DNA of 59,831 bases, filler included. It is 10 parts of 10 records of this genome, joined end to end, with 100 filler letters (N's around TTAATTAATTAA, not from the genome) between each part and the next. Parts side by side here need not be neighbours in the genome. Positions count along the whole stretch, not along the records: positions 46,188 to 53,881 come from SRR31156797_122907; positions 53,982 to 59,831 come from SRR31156797_123830; 8 more parts are not named here. One strand, 5' to 3'. Below, piece by piece: positions 48,663 through 57,749 of the stretch. The stretch's first letter is position 1, and each line of letters starts with the position of its first letter. The notes beneath the pieces were generated by a model. It ran no database searches, was not told the DNA's origin, and saw nothing but the letters and a program-made list of their open reading frames with translations. The position numbers and the translations under genes were made by a program.

Positions 48663-49967
48663 ATGATGGCTCCCAAAACCAAAGTTGATAAAAAAACCGG
48701 AAACGGTTCTAACGGCAACGGATTTAATGAAAACGGAGACAAGAAAAAAAGTTCCAGACTGAGTACAACCACTTCTATTTTACAAAAATCCATCACACTT
48801 GAAATTGCTGCGAAAGCAAAAAGAATGAACGCCCAAGGCTTTAATGTAATTTCTTTTTCAGCTGGAGAACCTGATTTTGACACACCTAAATCAATTAAAA
48901 ATGCTGCTAAAATTGCAATTGATGAAGGTAAAACAAAGTACACTGATGCATCAGGAATTGCAGAACTTAAATGTGCGATCCGCCAGAAATTCTTAAGAGA
49001 GAATAATCTACACTATGACGAGAACAACATTATTGTCACTAGTGGAGCAAAGTACGGACTGTTTGCACTTCTCATGGCTATTGTCAGCCCCGGAGACGAA
49101 GTTATTCTTCCTGTACCTTACTGGGTAAGTTACCCTAGCTTAATTAAGCTTGCCGGAGGAACTCCTGCGCTTTGTTACCCAAGTGAGAAACAAGCATTCA
49201 GACTTACTCTTGATGACATTAAAAAAGTTATTACAGACAAAACTAAAGCTGTCATCATTAACTCTCCAAACAACCCGACTGGCGCGGTTTACACCCTTAA
49301 GGACCTTGAAGAGATCGTAAACTATCTTGCTGAAAGAAACATTATTGTCATCAGCGACGAGATCTATGAAAAACTTACCTATGACCATGTTCAGCATATT
49401 TCTCTTGCTTCAGTTGTCAGAGAGAAATTTAAAAAGAACGTTGTCGTTATTAATGGCGTTTCAAAAGCTTACGCAATGACCGGTTGGAGAATTGGATATG
49501 TGGCTGGACCAAGAGATATTATTGAAAGAATGAAGTTTTTCATCGGACATACCACATCAAATGCAAACACAATTGCAATGTATGCGGCCGTCGAAGCTCT
49601 TAATGGAAGTCAAAACGACATAGAAATGATGGTGAAACGCTTTAATCGCAGAAGACAGTTCATGTATCAGGAATTGATGGGCGTACCACAACTACAGTGT
49701 TCATATCCTCTGGGAGCATTTTATATTTTTGCAAATTTCAAACACTACTTAAACTCAACTATCAATGATCACAAGATAAATTCAACTATTGATCTTGCAA
49801 ACTATCTTCTTGATGATGCACAGGTTGGAGTCGTTCCGGGTGAAAGTTTCGGTCTCCCCGGTTACATTAGATTTTCATATGCGACAAATATGGATAATAT
49901 CGCTGAAGGTATTGATAATCTTAAAGCTGCTCTTAGTGAAATGGAAATATCAGAAGATCATTCCTGA
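48663..49967 (+). CDS. PLP-dependent aspartate aminotransferase (class I/II)
   Basis: GEPDF, NSPNNPTG, SDEIY, SKAYAMTGWRIG, IRFSYA. Confidence 0.93.
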   Translation: MMAPKTKVDKKTGNGSNGNGFNENGDKKKSSRLSTTTSILQKSITLEIAAKAKRMNAQGFNVISFSAGEPDFDTPKSIKNAAKIAIDEGKTKYTDASGIAELKCAIRQKFLRENNLHYDENNIIVTSGAKYGLFALLMAIVSPGDEVILPVPYWVSYPSLIKLAGGTPALCYPSEKQAFRLTLDDIKKVITDKTKAVIINSPNNPTGAVYTLKDLEEIVNYLAERNIIVISDEIYEKLTYDHVQHISLASVVREKFKKNVVVINGVSKAYAMTGWRIGYVAGPRDIIERMKFFIGHTTSNANTIAMYAAVEALNGSQNDIEMMVKRFNRRRQFMYQELMGVPQLQCSYPLGAFYIFANFKHYLNSTINDHKINSTIDLANYLLDDAQVGVVPGESFGLPGYIRFSYATNMDNIAEGIDNLKAALSEMEISEDHS

Positions 49968-49994
49968 TATTCTTAGATCAGAAAATAATCAAAC

Positions 49995-50189
49995 TTAAAG
50001 TGCTTTTTTAACCTTACCGGTTCTAAGACATCTTGTACATACGTAAACTTTCTTCACGCTACCAGACTCTTCCTGAATTCTTAACTTCTGAATATTTGGA
50101 TGCTGGATCTTCTGAGTTTTATTATTTGCATGACTTACGTTATGTCCAAACATCGGTTTTTTGCCACAAACTTCGCATTTACGAGACAT
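49995..50189 (-). CDS. rpmB: 50S ribosomal protein L28 (Zn-binding form)
   Basis: [28 protein letters not shown]. Confidence 0.95.
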   Translation of the reverse strand: MSRKCEVCGKKPMFGHNVSHANNKTQKIQHPNIQKLRIQEESGSVKKVYVCTRCLRTGKVKKAL

Positions 50190-50263
50190 TCTGCTCTCCT
50201 TCCATTATTACAACAACAAAAAATCACGATGATGATACACAGAGTTGTTGTAATTGCAAATTT

Positions 50264-51229
50264 TTAATCGTTAGAGCTTTTTAAGACGGTATCAATAAAA
50301 GGCAACTTGCCGTATTTACGTGACTTCCAGTAATCTTCAAATTCAAGTCTATCTTTTGATATCCTTTTTGAAAGTTTCTCTTTTGAAGAGAACCTTATTT
50401 CGTTTCTGACCTTTTTAAAGAAATAGACCGAAATATCTTCGCCATACATATCGCCGATATCCTCATCTACAACCCATGTTTCAATGCGTCTTTCTTTTGA
50501 TTCAATATCGATGGTCGGACTGTTTCCAATATTTGTAATCGACTTCATTTGACGACCGTTGTGGATCACCATTGTAAGGTAAACCCCATTTGGTGGAACG
50601 ATCTTATTGGGAAGCTCTAGATTCATTGTAGGAAAATCCATCTGTCTTCCAAGCTGCCGTCCTTTAACGACCTTTCCTGAGACAACATATGGGTAGACTA
50701 GAAGAGACGACGCTCTTTCTACTTCACCTGACAGGATAAGAGACCTTACCGAAGTTGAACTGACCCTCATACCGCTTTTCATAAAAGGAGGAATTACGTT
50801 GATCTTTACGCCTGCAGACCTTCCCCACCAGTAAAGCATGTCGGAGTTTCCCTTCTGATTCTTTCCAAAAAAGAAATTAAACCCTACTGTTATAGATTGT
50901 ATATCAAGATTGTCCTTGAGCATATCAAGAAAATCAGTCGGCTCCATATTTCTAACTTTATCAAAGGGAAGCTCAATAACGGAATCCATTCCCAGTTCTT
51001 CAAGATACCTGTTCTTTTCCTTTTTAATTGTTAGCAATCCCGGCATAAACTCCGGAAAAAGAAATTCGCGTGGATGAACATCAAATGTCAGAGCAGATGG
51101 TCGACTTCCGCTTTCCCTACATTTTTTAAGGATCTCATTGTGACCTAAGTGTAATCCGTCAAAATTACCAATTGCTACAGACAGACCTGTTATTGGAGGA
51201 ACATCAGATAGTGAGCTGTAAATATTCAT
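50264..51229 (-). CDS. ribF: Bifunctional riboflavin kinase / FAD synthetase
   Basis: IGNFDGLHLGH, VSST.VR, GR.LGR..FPT.N, GVY, NIG.SPT. Confidence 0.94.
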   Translation of the reverse strand: MNIYSSLSDVPPITGLSVAIGNFDGLHLGHNEILKKCRESGSRPSALTFDVHPREFLFPEFMPGLLTIKKEKNRYLEELGMDSVIELPFDKVRNMEPTDFLDMLKDNLDIQSITVGFNFFFGKNQKGNSDMLYWWGRSAGVKINVIPPFMKSGMRVSSTSVRSLILSGEVERASSLLVYPYVVSGKVVKGRQLGRQMDFPTMNLELPNKIVPPNGVYLTMVIHNGRQMKSITNIGNSPTIDIESKERRIETWVVDEDIGDMYGEDISVYFFKKVRNEIRFSSKEKLSKRISKDRLEFEDYWKSRKYGKLPFIDTVLKSSND

Positions 51230-51232
51230 ACT

Positions 51233-52237
51233 TTATGCCTTTTTGGCACTTCCAAGAACATTCTCATTTTTATGTTTATAGAGTTCTTTCAAAGAGTCTC
51301 TTGCAGGTCCCAGGTATTTTCTAGGGTCAAATTCCTGAGGCTTATCATTAAGAACTTTTCTAACTGCAGCAGTCATTGCAATTCTTCCGTCACTATCAAT
51401 ATTAATTTTACAAACTGCACTTTTTGAAGCTTTTCTAAGCTGCTCCTCAGGTATTCCTACAGCATCTTTCATTTTTCCGCCATTGGAATTTATAACCTTG
51501 ATAAGATCCTGCGGAACCGAGGAGGAACCGTGAAGTACAATTGGAAATCCCGGAAGTTTTTTCTCAATTTCTTCAAGAATATCAAAGCGCAGTGGAGGAG
51601 GAATAAGAACTCCTTCTTCGTTTGTTGTACACTGCTCAGGCTTGAACTTGTTCGCTCCATGACTTGTACCAATAGATATCGCTAAAGAATCAACTCCAGT
51701 TTTAGCAACAAAATCAATCACTTCCTCAGGCTGAGTATATGTTGAAGTTTCAGCAACCACATCATCTTCAATTCCTGCAAGAACTCCAAGTTCTCCTTCA
51801 ACTGTAACATAATCAGGTCTTGAATGTGCATATTCTACAACCTTCTTCGTCAGGGCAACATTCTCATCATATGAATGATGACTTCCGTCTATCATTACTG
51901 AGCTGAAACCATTATCGATACACTCTTTACAGATCTCAAAATCCGCACCATGGTCAAGGTGAAGAACTATGGGAATCTCTTTACCAAGTTCTTTTGCATA
52001 TTCAACAGCACCTCTTGCCATGTTTCTCAAAAGTGTTGCATTTGCATAATTTCTTGCACCTTTAGAGACCTGAAGAATCACTGGAGATTCAGACTCAACA
52101 CAAGCCTGAACTATAGCCTGAAGCTGCTCCATGTTATTAAAGTTATAGGCCGGAAGTGCATATCCGCCGGCAACAGCCTTTTTAAACAATTCAACCGTAT
52201 TGACAAGACCAAGTTCTTTGTAACTAACTGCGCACAT
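51233..52237 (-). CDS. fba: Class II fructose-1,6-bisphosphate aldolase
   Basis: LHLDHG, SVMIDGS, VEGELG, IGTSHGA.K, VLHGSS, KINIDSD, FDPRKYL. Confidence 0.96.
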   Translation of the reverse strand: MCAVSYKELGLVNTVELFKKAVAGGYALPAYNFNNMEQLQAIVQACVESESPVILQVSKGARNYANATLLRNMARGAVEYAKELGKEIPIVLHLDHGADFEICKECIDNGFSSVMIDGSHHSYDENVALTKKVVEYAHSRPDYVTVEGELGVLAGIEDDVVAETSTYTQPEEVIDFVAKTGVDSLAISIGTSHGANKFKPEQCTTNEEGVLIPPPLRFDILEEIEKKLPGFPIVLHGSSSVPQDLIKVINSNGGKMKDAVGIPEEQLRKASKSAVCKINIDSDGRIAMTAAVRKVLNDKPQEFDPRKYLGPARDSLKELYKHKNENVLGSAKKA

Positions 52238-52382
52238 ATCTGCCTCCTAAAAAACATAAAATATCAACATTCGTCAGTATAGTAGGTTAAAAATAAAAGA
52301 AAAACAAATTCGGGAATAATTTTGACGACCGTGAGAATAACAGTAATCTTTTTTCAGTCAACTGCTAAATTTTGGAGAAAAA

Positions 52383-52799
52383 ATGAAAAGCCACAGAAAG
52401 GAATTTTGGTTTAATACCACAAAAAGACGTCAATATCTCAATATCACACATGATGTTCAGGAAGAGATCAACTTAAGCGGCATAAAAGAAGGGCTCTGTC
52501 TAGTTAATGCCATGCACATAACCGCATCCGTTTTTATCAACGATGATGAGTCCGGACTGCACGGTGATTTTGAAGTCTGGCTCGAAAAACTGGCACCCGA
52601 AAAACCTTATTCACAGTATCGTCACAATGGATATGAAGACAATGCAGATGCTCACTTAAAAAGACAGATCATGGGCAGAGAAGTTGTTGTCGCCATCACA
52701 GACGGAAAACTGGATCTAGGCCCTTGGGAACAGATCTTTTATGGAGAATATGACGGGAAACGTAAGAAAAGAGTTCTTTGTAAGATTATCGGTGAGTGA
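52383..52799 (+). CDS. yjbQ: YjbQ / UPF0047 protein
   Basis: [36 protein letters not shown]. Confidence 0.92.
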   Translation: MKSHRKEFWFNTTKRRQYLNITHDVQEEINLSGIKEGLCLVNAMHITASVFINDDESGLHGDFEVWLEKLAPEKPYSQYRHNGYEDNADAHLKRQIMGREVVVAITDGKLDLGPWEQIFYGEYDGKRKKRVLCKIIGE

Positions 52800-52900
52800 C
52801 TCATTATTCACATGGAATATCTAAGTGCATAGTGTCTGAGCCATCGGCCTTTCTTGCAGCTTTTATTTCTTCATAAAAACCTAAATTCTTCGTAATAATA

Positions 52901-53881
52901 TCAATTTTTATTTCTGACACAAAGAACACTAATTATGCCTGCTTTCGTATAAGAATTAATTCCACCACTGTATGAAATAAGCCGCCAAGCATAACCATTA
53001 TCATGAACAAAGGAAGAAGAAGACCAAAAATGATCCGCACCAGATGGAAAGCCGGGGAAATCACTAGTGGGACCAACTTTATACAGATTTCTTATAGATT
53101 TAATCTCGTTAATGTTCGGCAGTCTCCAGTTAGTGTAACCTCCATAGTTCAAGTTCTCACAATAACTAAGAGCCTCTTTCCATGTTTTGTTTTCAGCGTA
53201 ATCTTTTGTCCACTCTAAATCTGTTATTGAATCTTTAACAACAACATTTCCGTTAATGGTTTTTTCTGTAAAAACATGAACCGGGAAAGCATCTCCTCTG
53301 ACACACCTTAAAACACAAGTTCCTGTTTTAGATCTAGTTTCAGTGGAGCTGCCTTTTTCAAAATCAGCAGACCATGCATAATCCGTATTGTCCAAATAAG
53401 ATAAGTAAGACCAGAAACAACCCGAAGATGTGTCTGGAAAAGAAGATGAGTTGATAGATGGGTCATATTTGCCATAATCCACTAATGTTTCCAGCTCATA
53501 GATATCCGGAAGTCTCCAGTCCACATGACTGTTAAAATCAAGATTATCACAGTAGTCAACAGCACCCTGCCAAGTATACTTTTCTGTCGGAGGCATCCTC
53601 TGCCATTCAAGTCCTGTGTTTACATCAACCACTGTTTCAGCATAAGTAGTATAATTTACTGAAAGACAATAGCCAATATCCTCATATTGAGTATCTTGCC
53701 CGTAAAATTCATCTCCAATTGAAGGACAAGACATTTCGGCTGTATCATTAAAACATTTATCGGCACCTGTACAAATTACTGTAGGATTTATATTTTCTTC
53801 ATCATCATTACCAATATCACCATCAGAACCTGTATCACCAATATCTTCATCAGTTGTTGTATTTCCTGCATCTTCATCCGG
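52901..53881 (-). CDS. DUF1566 (Lcl C-terminal) tandem-domain protein, 5' truncated
   Basis: Two repeats of D..T.LEW..W..A..YC..L....WRLP.I.E..FWS...CV(R); FYGQD motif; acidic linker toward the contig edge. Confidence 0.88.
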   Translation of the reverse strand, partial: PDEDAGNTTTDEDIGDTGSDGDIGNDDEENINPTVICTGADKCFNDTAEMSCPSIGDEFYGQDTQYEDIGYCLSVNYTTYAETVVDVNTGLEWQRMPPTEKYTWQGAVDYCDNLDFNSHVDWRLPDIYELETLVDYGKYDPSINSSSFPDTSSGCFWSYLSYLDNTDYAWSADFEKGSSTETRSKTGTCVLRCVRGDAFPVHVFTEKTINGNVVVKDSITDLEWTKDYAENKTWKEALSYCENLNYGGYTNWRLPNINEIKSIRNLYKVGPTSDFPGFPSGADHFWSSSSFVHDNGYAWRLISYSGGINSYTKAGIISVLCVRNKN

Positions 53882-53981
53882 NNNNNNNNNNNNNNNNNNN
53901 NNNNNNNNNNNNNNNNNNNNNNNNNTTAATTAATTAANNNNNNNNNNNNNNNNNNNNNNNNNNNNNNNNNNNNNNNNNNNN

Positions 53982-55204
53982 CCGGTTTTTTGGGTGTCAT
54001 CGTCCTTTTTCAGAAATTCGGTATTCCCGGTGTCGGTCTCGTCATGCAGCGCATGTACGGGCTGTGCACCGACTATGTGCTCATCTCGGTGCCGTTGTTC
54101 ATCTTCATGGCTTCGCTGCTGGAACGAAGCGGCATCGCCAAGGATATGTACAATTCCTTGAACGCCTGGCTTTACAAGCTGCGCGGCGGCGTCGCCGTCG
54201 TCACCACCGTGATGGCTGTGATCATGGCCGCCATGAGCGGCATCATCGGCGGCGAAATCGTGCTGCTGGGTCTGGTTGCCTTGCCGCAGATGCTGAGGCT
54301 CGGTTACGACCAGAACCTGGCGGTTGGCACCATTTGCGCCGGCGGCTCTCTGGGCACGATGATTCCGCCTTCGATCGTCCTCATCGTTTACGGGCTGATC
54401 ACCGAAACCTCGATCCATTCGCTGTTCATCGCAGCGGTAATTCCGGGTTTGATGCTGGGCGGCATCTACATCGTCTTTATCCTCGTTCGAACTCACCTGA
54501 AACCGTCGCTGGCTCCGATCGACCGCTCGACCTACGACGGGATGCCGTTGTCCGAAAAGGTGTTCATGCTTAGGGGCATCGTCCCGCCGATTCTTTTGGT
54601 GTTTGTGGTGCTCGGTTCGATCTATGGCGGCGTTACCTCGATCACCGAGGCCGCTGCAATGGGCGTGGTTGGCGGTCTGGTTATTATCTATTTCCGGCGC
54701 GAATTGACCTTCACTTTGGTCAAGGAGGCCGCGACCCAGACCTTCCGTGCCGTCGGCACCATTATCTGGGTGACCTTCGGGGCGACCATCCTGGCCGGTG
54801 CCTATAACCTGTCGGGCGGTCCGTCCTACGTCGCCAACTCGATCATCGGCATGGAGTTGCCGCCGCTCGGCATCATGCTGATCATCATGCTGATTTTCCT
54901 GCTGCTCGGCATGTTCATGGACTGGATCGGCATCGTGCTTTTGACCATGCCGGTGTTCCTGCCCTTGATCGTGAAACTTGGCTACGATCCGGTATGGTTC
55001 GGCATCCTGTTCTGCATCAACATGCAGGTGTCGTTCCTGTCACCGCCCTTCGGGCCGGCGGCGTTCTACCTGAAAAGCGTATGTCCGCCGCATATCCAGC
55101 TTTTCGATATCTTCCGGGGCTTCGGGCCGTTCATCGTGCTGCAGCTGATCGTGCTGTTCTCGGTCCTGCTGTTTCCGGATATCGCGCTGTTCCTGGTCAG
55201 ATAG
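53982..55204 (+). CDS. TRAP transporter large permease DctM, 5' truncated
   Basis: VPLFIFMA, GSLGTMIPPS, SITEAAA, SFLSPPFG. Confidence 0.93.
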
Positions 55205-55311
55205 CGCAAATTCAACCGTTCGGCATTGACCGAACCGCACGCCCCGGCAATGCTGCCAACCGGCATCGTCGGGGCGTTTGTTTTGGCCTCGGGTAATTGG
55301 GGGATCGCACC

Positions 55312-56289
55312 ATGCGGATCGTATTTCACGGCGAGAACGCCGCCACCTATATCGATGGGTTCGAACAGTTCCTGGAAGGCGATCACGACATTGCGGGCGT
55401 CGCCGACGAAATCACCGCGCCGGACGAAATCGAAGCCTTCCGGAATGCCGACATCATCGTCGGCGTTCATCTCGGTGCCGGCGATCCGAAGCCGGAAAAT
55501 CTCGGCCTCTATCTGATCGCCGCGGCCGGTTACGATCCGGTCGATTTTTCCATCCTGCCGGCCGGTGTCAGCGCCTGCAACTGCCACGGCCATGAACGCT
55601 CGATCGCCGAATACGTGCTCGCCGGCCTGCTGCTCAGTCGGGTGCCCCTGGTCGACGCCGACAGGCACTTGCGCAAGGGCGACTGGCGCTACCGCGCCGG
55701 GCCGACCGAAACCCTGCATCGCGAACTGACCGGCAGCACCATCGGACTGATCGGCTTCGGCCATATTTCCCGTGAAATCGCGACTCTGGTGAAGGCATTG
55801 GACGTGCGCGTCCACGTCGCCAACCGCAGCCCGGTCGAAACGTCCGGCATCGTCGACGGCTATTGGCCGATGGACGATTTGCCGGGCTTCCTGGAAACGC
55901 TCGATTTCATCGTCTGCGCCTTGCCCCTGAACGCCGAAACCGAGGGCCTGATCGGAACAGCCGCCATCGCCGCCATGAAACCGCAGGCAGTGATCTTCAA
56001 TGTCGGGCGCGGCGGCGTCATCGAAGAAAAAGCTTTCTACGAGGCGCTTCGCGACCGCCGGATCGCCGGCGCCGTGATCGACACCTGGTACGTCTATCCG
56101 TCGGAAGACAATGCCTCGCCGTATCCGTCCAATTATCCTTTCCAGGAATTGGGCAATGTCATCATGACGCCGCACATGTCGGGCTGGACCGACGGCACCA
56201 TTCGCCGCCGCAAGATGGAACTTGCCGACAACATCAACCGGTTCGTCTCCGGCAACCCTTTGAACTCGGTCGTCTTTGACGGTGCTTAA
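55312..56289 (+). CDS. D-isomer-specific 2-hydroxyacid dehydrogenase
   Basis: AGYD, IAEY, GLIGFGHIS, PLNAETEGLI, NVGRG, IDTW, TPHMSG. Confidence 0.9.
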   Translation: MRIVFHGENAATYIDGFEQFLEGDHDIAGVADEITAPDEIEAFRNADIIVGVHLGAGDPKPENLGLYLIAAAGYDPVDFSILPAGVSACNCHGHERSIAEYVLAGLLLSRVPLVDADRHLRKGDWRYRAGPTETLHRELTGSTIGLIGFGHISREIATLVKALDVRVHVANRSPVETSGIVDGYWPMDDLPGFLETLDFIVCALPLNAETEGLIGTAAIAAMKPQAVIFNVGRGGVIEEKAFYEALRDRRIAGAVIDTWYVYPSEDNASPYPSNYPFQELGNVIMTPHMSGWTDGTIRRRKMELADNINRFVSGNPLNSVVFDGA

Positions 56290-57749
56290 AACTCCCGGCC
56301 TGCACGCTCGAAACTGCGGGCGATCGGCTCGGTCAGATAGTCCAGCACGGTGCGCTTCGCGGTAATCAGAAACACCTCGGCCTGCATGCCGGCGCTGAGA
56401 CCCGCAACATCGAATTCGCCGTTGTCCGCTTTGGGCACGACGCGTCCGGTGAAATAGGCGATGCCGTTCAGCGGATCGACGGTGCGATCGGCCGATACCG
56501 ACGTAACCCGCCCGTTCAGCAACGGGGTCGTCCGCGCATTGAAGGCACTGAGGCGGATCTGGGCCGGCATTCCCGCATAGACGGCGTCGATGTCGCCCGG
56601 ATCGATGCGAAGGTCGATCACCGTGCGGTCCCGGTCCGGCACCAGGTCAAGCAGCGTCTGCCCCGGTTGCACCACCCCGCCCGGCGTGTGAACCGCTAGC
56701 CCGACGACATGGCCATCGACCGGGGCACGGACGATGGTCCGGTCCAGGACATCGGCGGCGGCTCGGATTTTTTCGTGCAGCTCGGCAATGTCCTGGCGCG
56801 TTTCCTGGACCTGTTCGGAAACCTCGTTGAGACGCTTCTCACGCGGGATTCCCATCTGCATGCGAAGCTCGGCAATCCGGTCTCCGGCCTGGGCCAGGCG
56901 CGACATCAGATCGCCGATCTCGCCCTTGGTCTCGGCCAGGCGTTGCTGCACCGACAGCAGCCGGTTCTTGGCAACCAGCCCCTTTTCGAACAGCGGCCGG
57001 ATCATCGCCAACTCCTCACCCAGGAGTTTCCGATGTTCGTGCTTGGCGGCAAGTTGCGATTCCAGCCCGTCGGTCTCGGCACCGGTCTTTTCGATGCGTT
57101 CGGCAAAAACGGCGCGCTGGCTTTCGATGCGGCGGCGGAAGGTCTCGAAGGCCCGCCTTTCGCCGGCCAGCAACCGGCCGATTTCCGGGTCTTTCGCCCG
57201 CTTTCCAAGCGCCCTCGGGAATTCCACCCGCGCCAGCCCGTCCCGTTCCGCCTGCAGGCGGGCCTGGCGGGCCAACGCGGCATCCAGCCTCGACTGCAAA
57301 AGCGCCAGCGTCGCCTCGGCCCGGGTGTCGTCGAACAGGATCATCGGTTCGCCGGCGGCCACCTGTTCGCCTTCGGCAACCAGAATATCCCGCACGATCC
57401 CGCCTTCAAGATGGGCCACGGATTTGCGGTTGCTTTCCATGGCGACGACGCCGTGGGCGATGGCGGCGCTGTCCAGCTGGGCGAGGGACGCCCACAGAAA
57501 ACCGCCGATCAGAAAAACCGCGATCACCGCGACCCCCAACAGGACCCAGGGTGTCGTGGTTTCGCCGAGGTCTTCCTTGTCCTCTTCGTTTTCTTCGTCT
57601 TTTTCGTCTTCTTCGTCTTCGTCCGGAAGATCATAAAGATCGTCCCTGTCTTCGTCCGACAACGAGTAGGGCCCCATCGTTCGTCGCCGGAGATCGGCCA
57701 TGGCATGCTTAATGGATTGCGTAATCGAGGGAGACGGCGCTTTGCTCAT
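56286..57749 (-). CDS. HlyD-family type I secretion membrane fusion protein
   Basis: TM; HLEGGIV.DILVAEG; coiled coil; VRAPVDG, GGVVQPG, GMQAEV, LDYLTEPI; ATG 57749 with GGAGGG RBS. Confidence 0.93.
   Translation of the reverse strand: MSKAPSPSITQSIKHAMADLRRRTMGPYSLSDEDRDDLYDLPDEDEEDEKDEENEEDKEDLGETTTPWVLLGVAVIAVFLIGGFLWASLAQLDSAAIAHGVVAMESNRKSVAHLEGGIVRDILVAEGEQVAAGEPMILFDDTRAEATLALLQSRLDAALARQARLQAERDGLARVEFPRALGKRAKDPEIGRLLAGERRAFETFRRRIESQRAVFAERIEKTGAETDGLESQLAAKHEHRKLLGEELAMIRPLFEKGLVAKNRLLSVQQRLAETKGEIGDLMSRLAQAGDRIAELRMQMGIPREKRLNEVSEQVQETRQDIAELHEKIRAAADVLDRTIVRAPVDGHVVGLAVHTPGGVVQPGQTLLDLVPDRDRTVIDLRIDPGDIDAVYAGMPAQIRLSAFNARTTPLLNGRVTSVSADRTVDPLNGIAYFTGRVVPKADNGEFDVAGLSAGMQAEVFLITAKRTVLDYLTEPIARSFERAGREF
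57570..57623 (-). repeat. Imperfect 9-bp tandem repeat encoding an acidic tract in HlyD
   Basis: GACGAA GACGAAGAA GACGAAAAA GACGAAGAA AACGAAGAG GACAAGGAA GAC. Confidence 0.6.
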
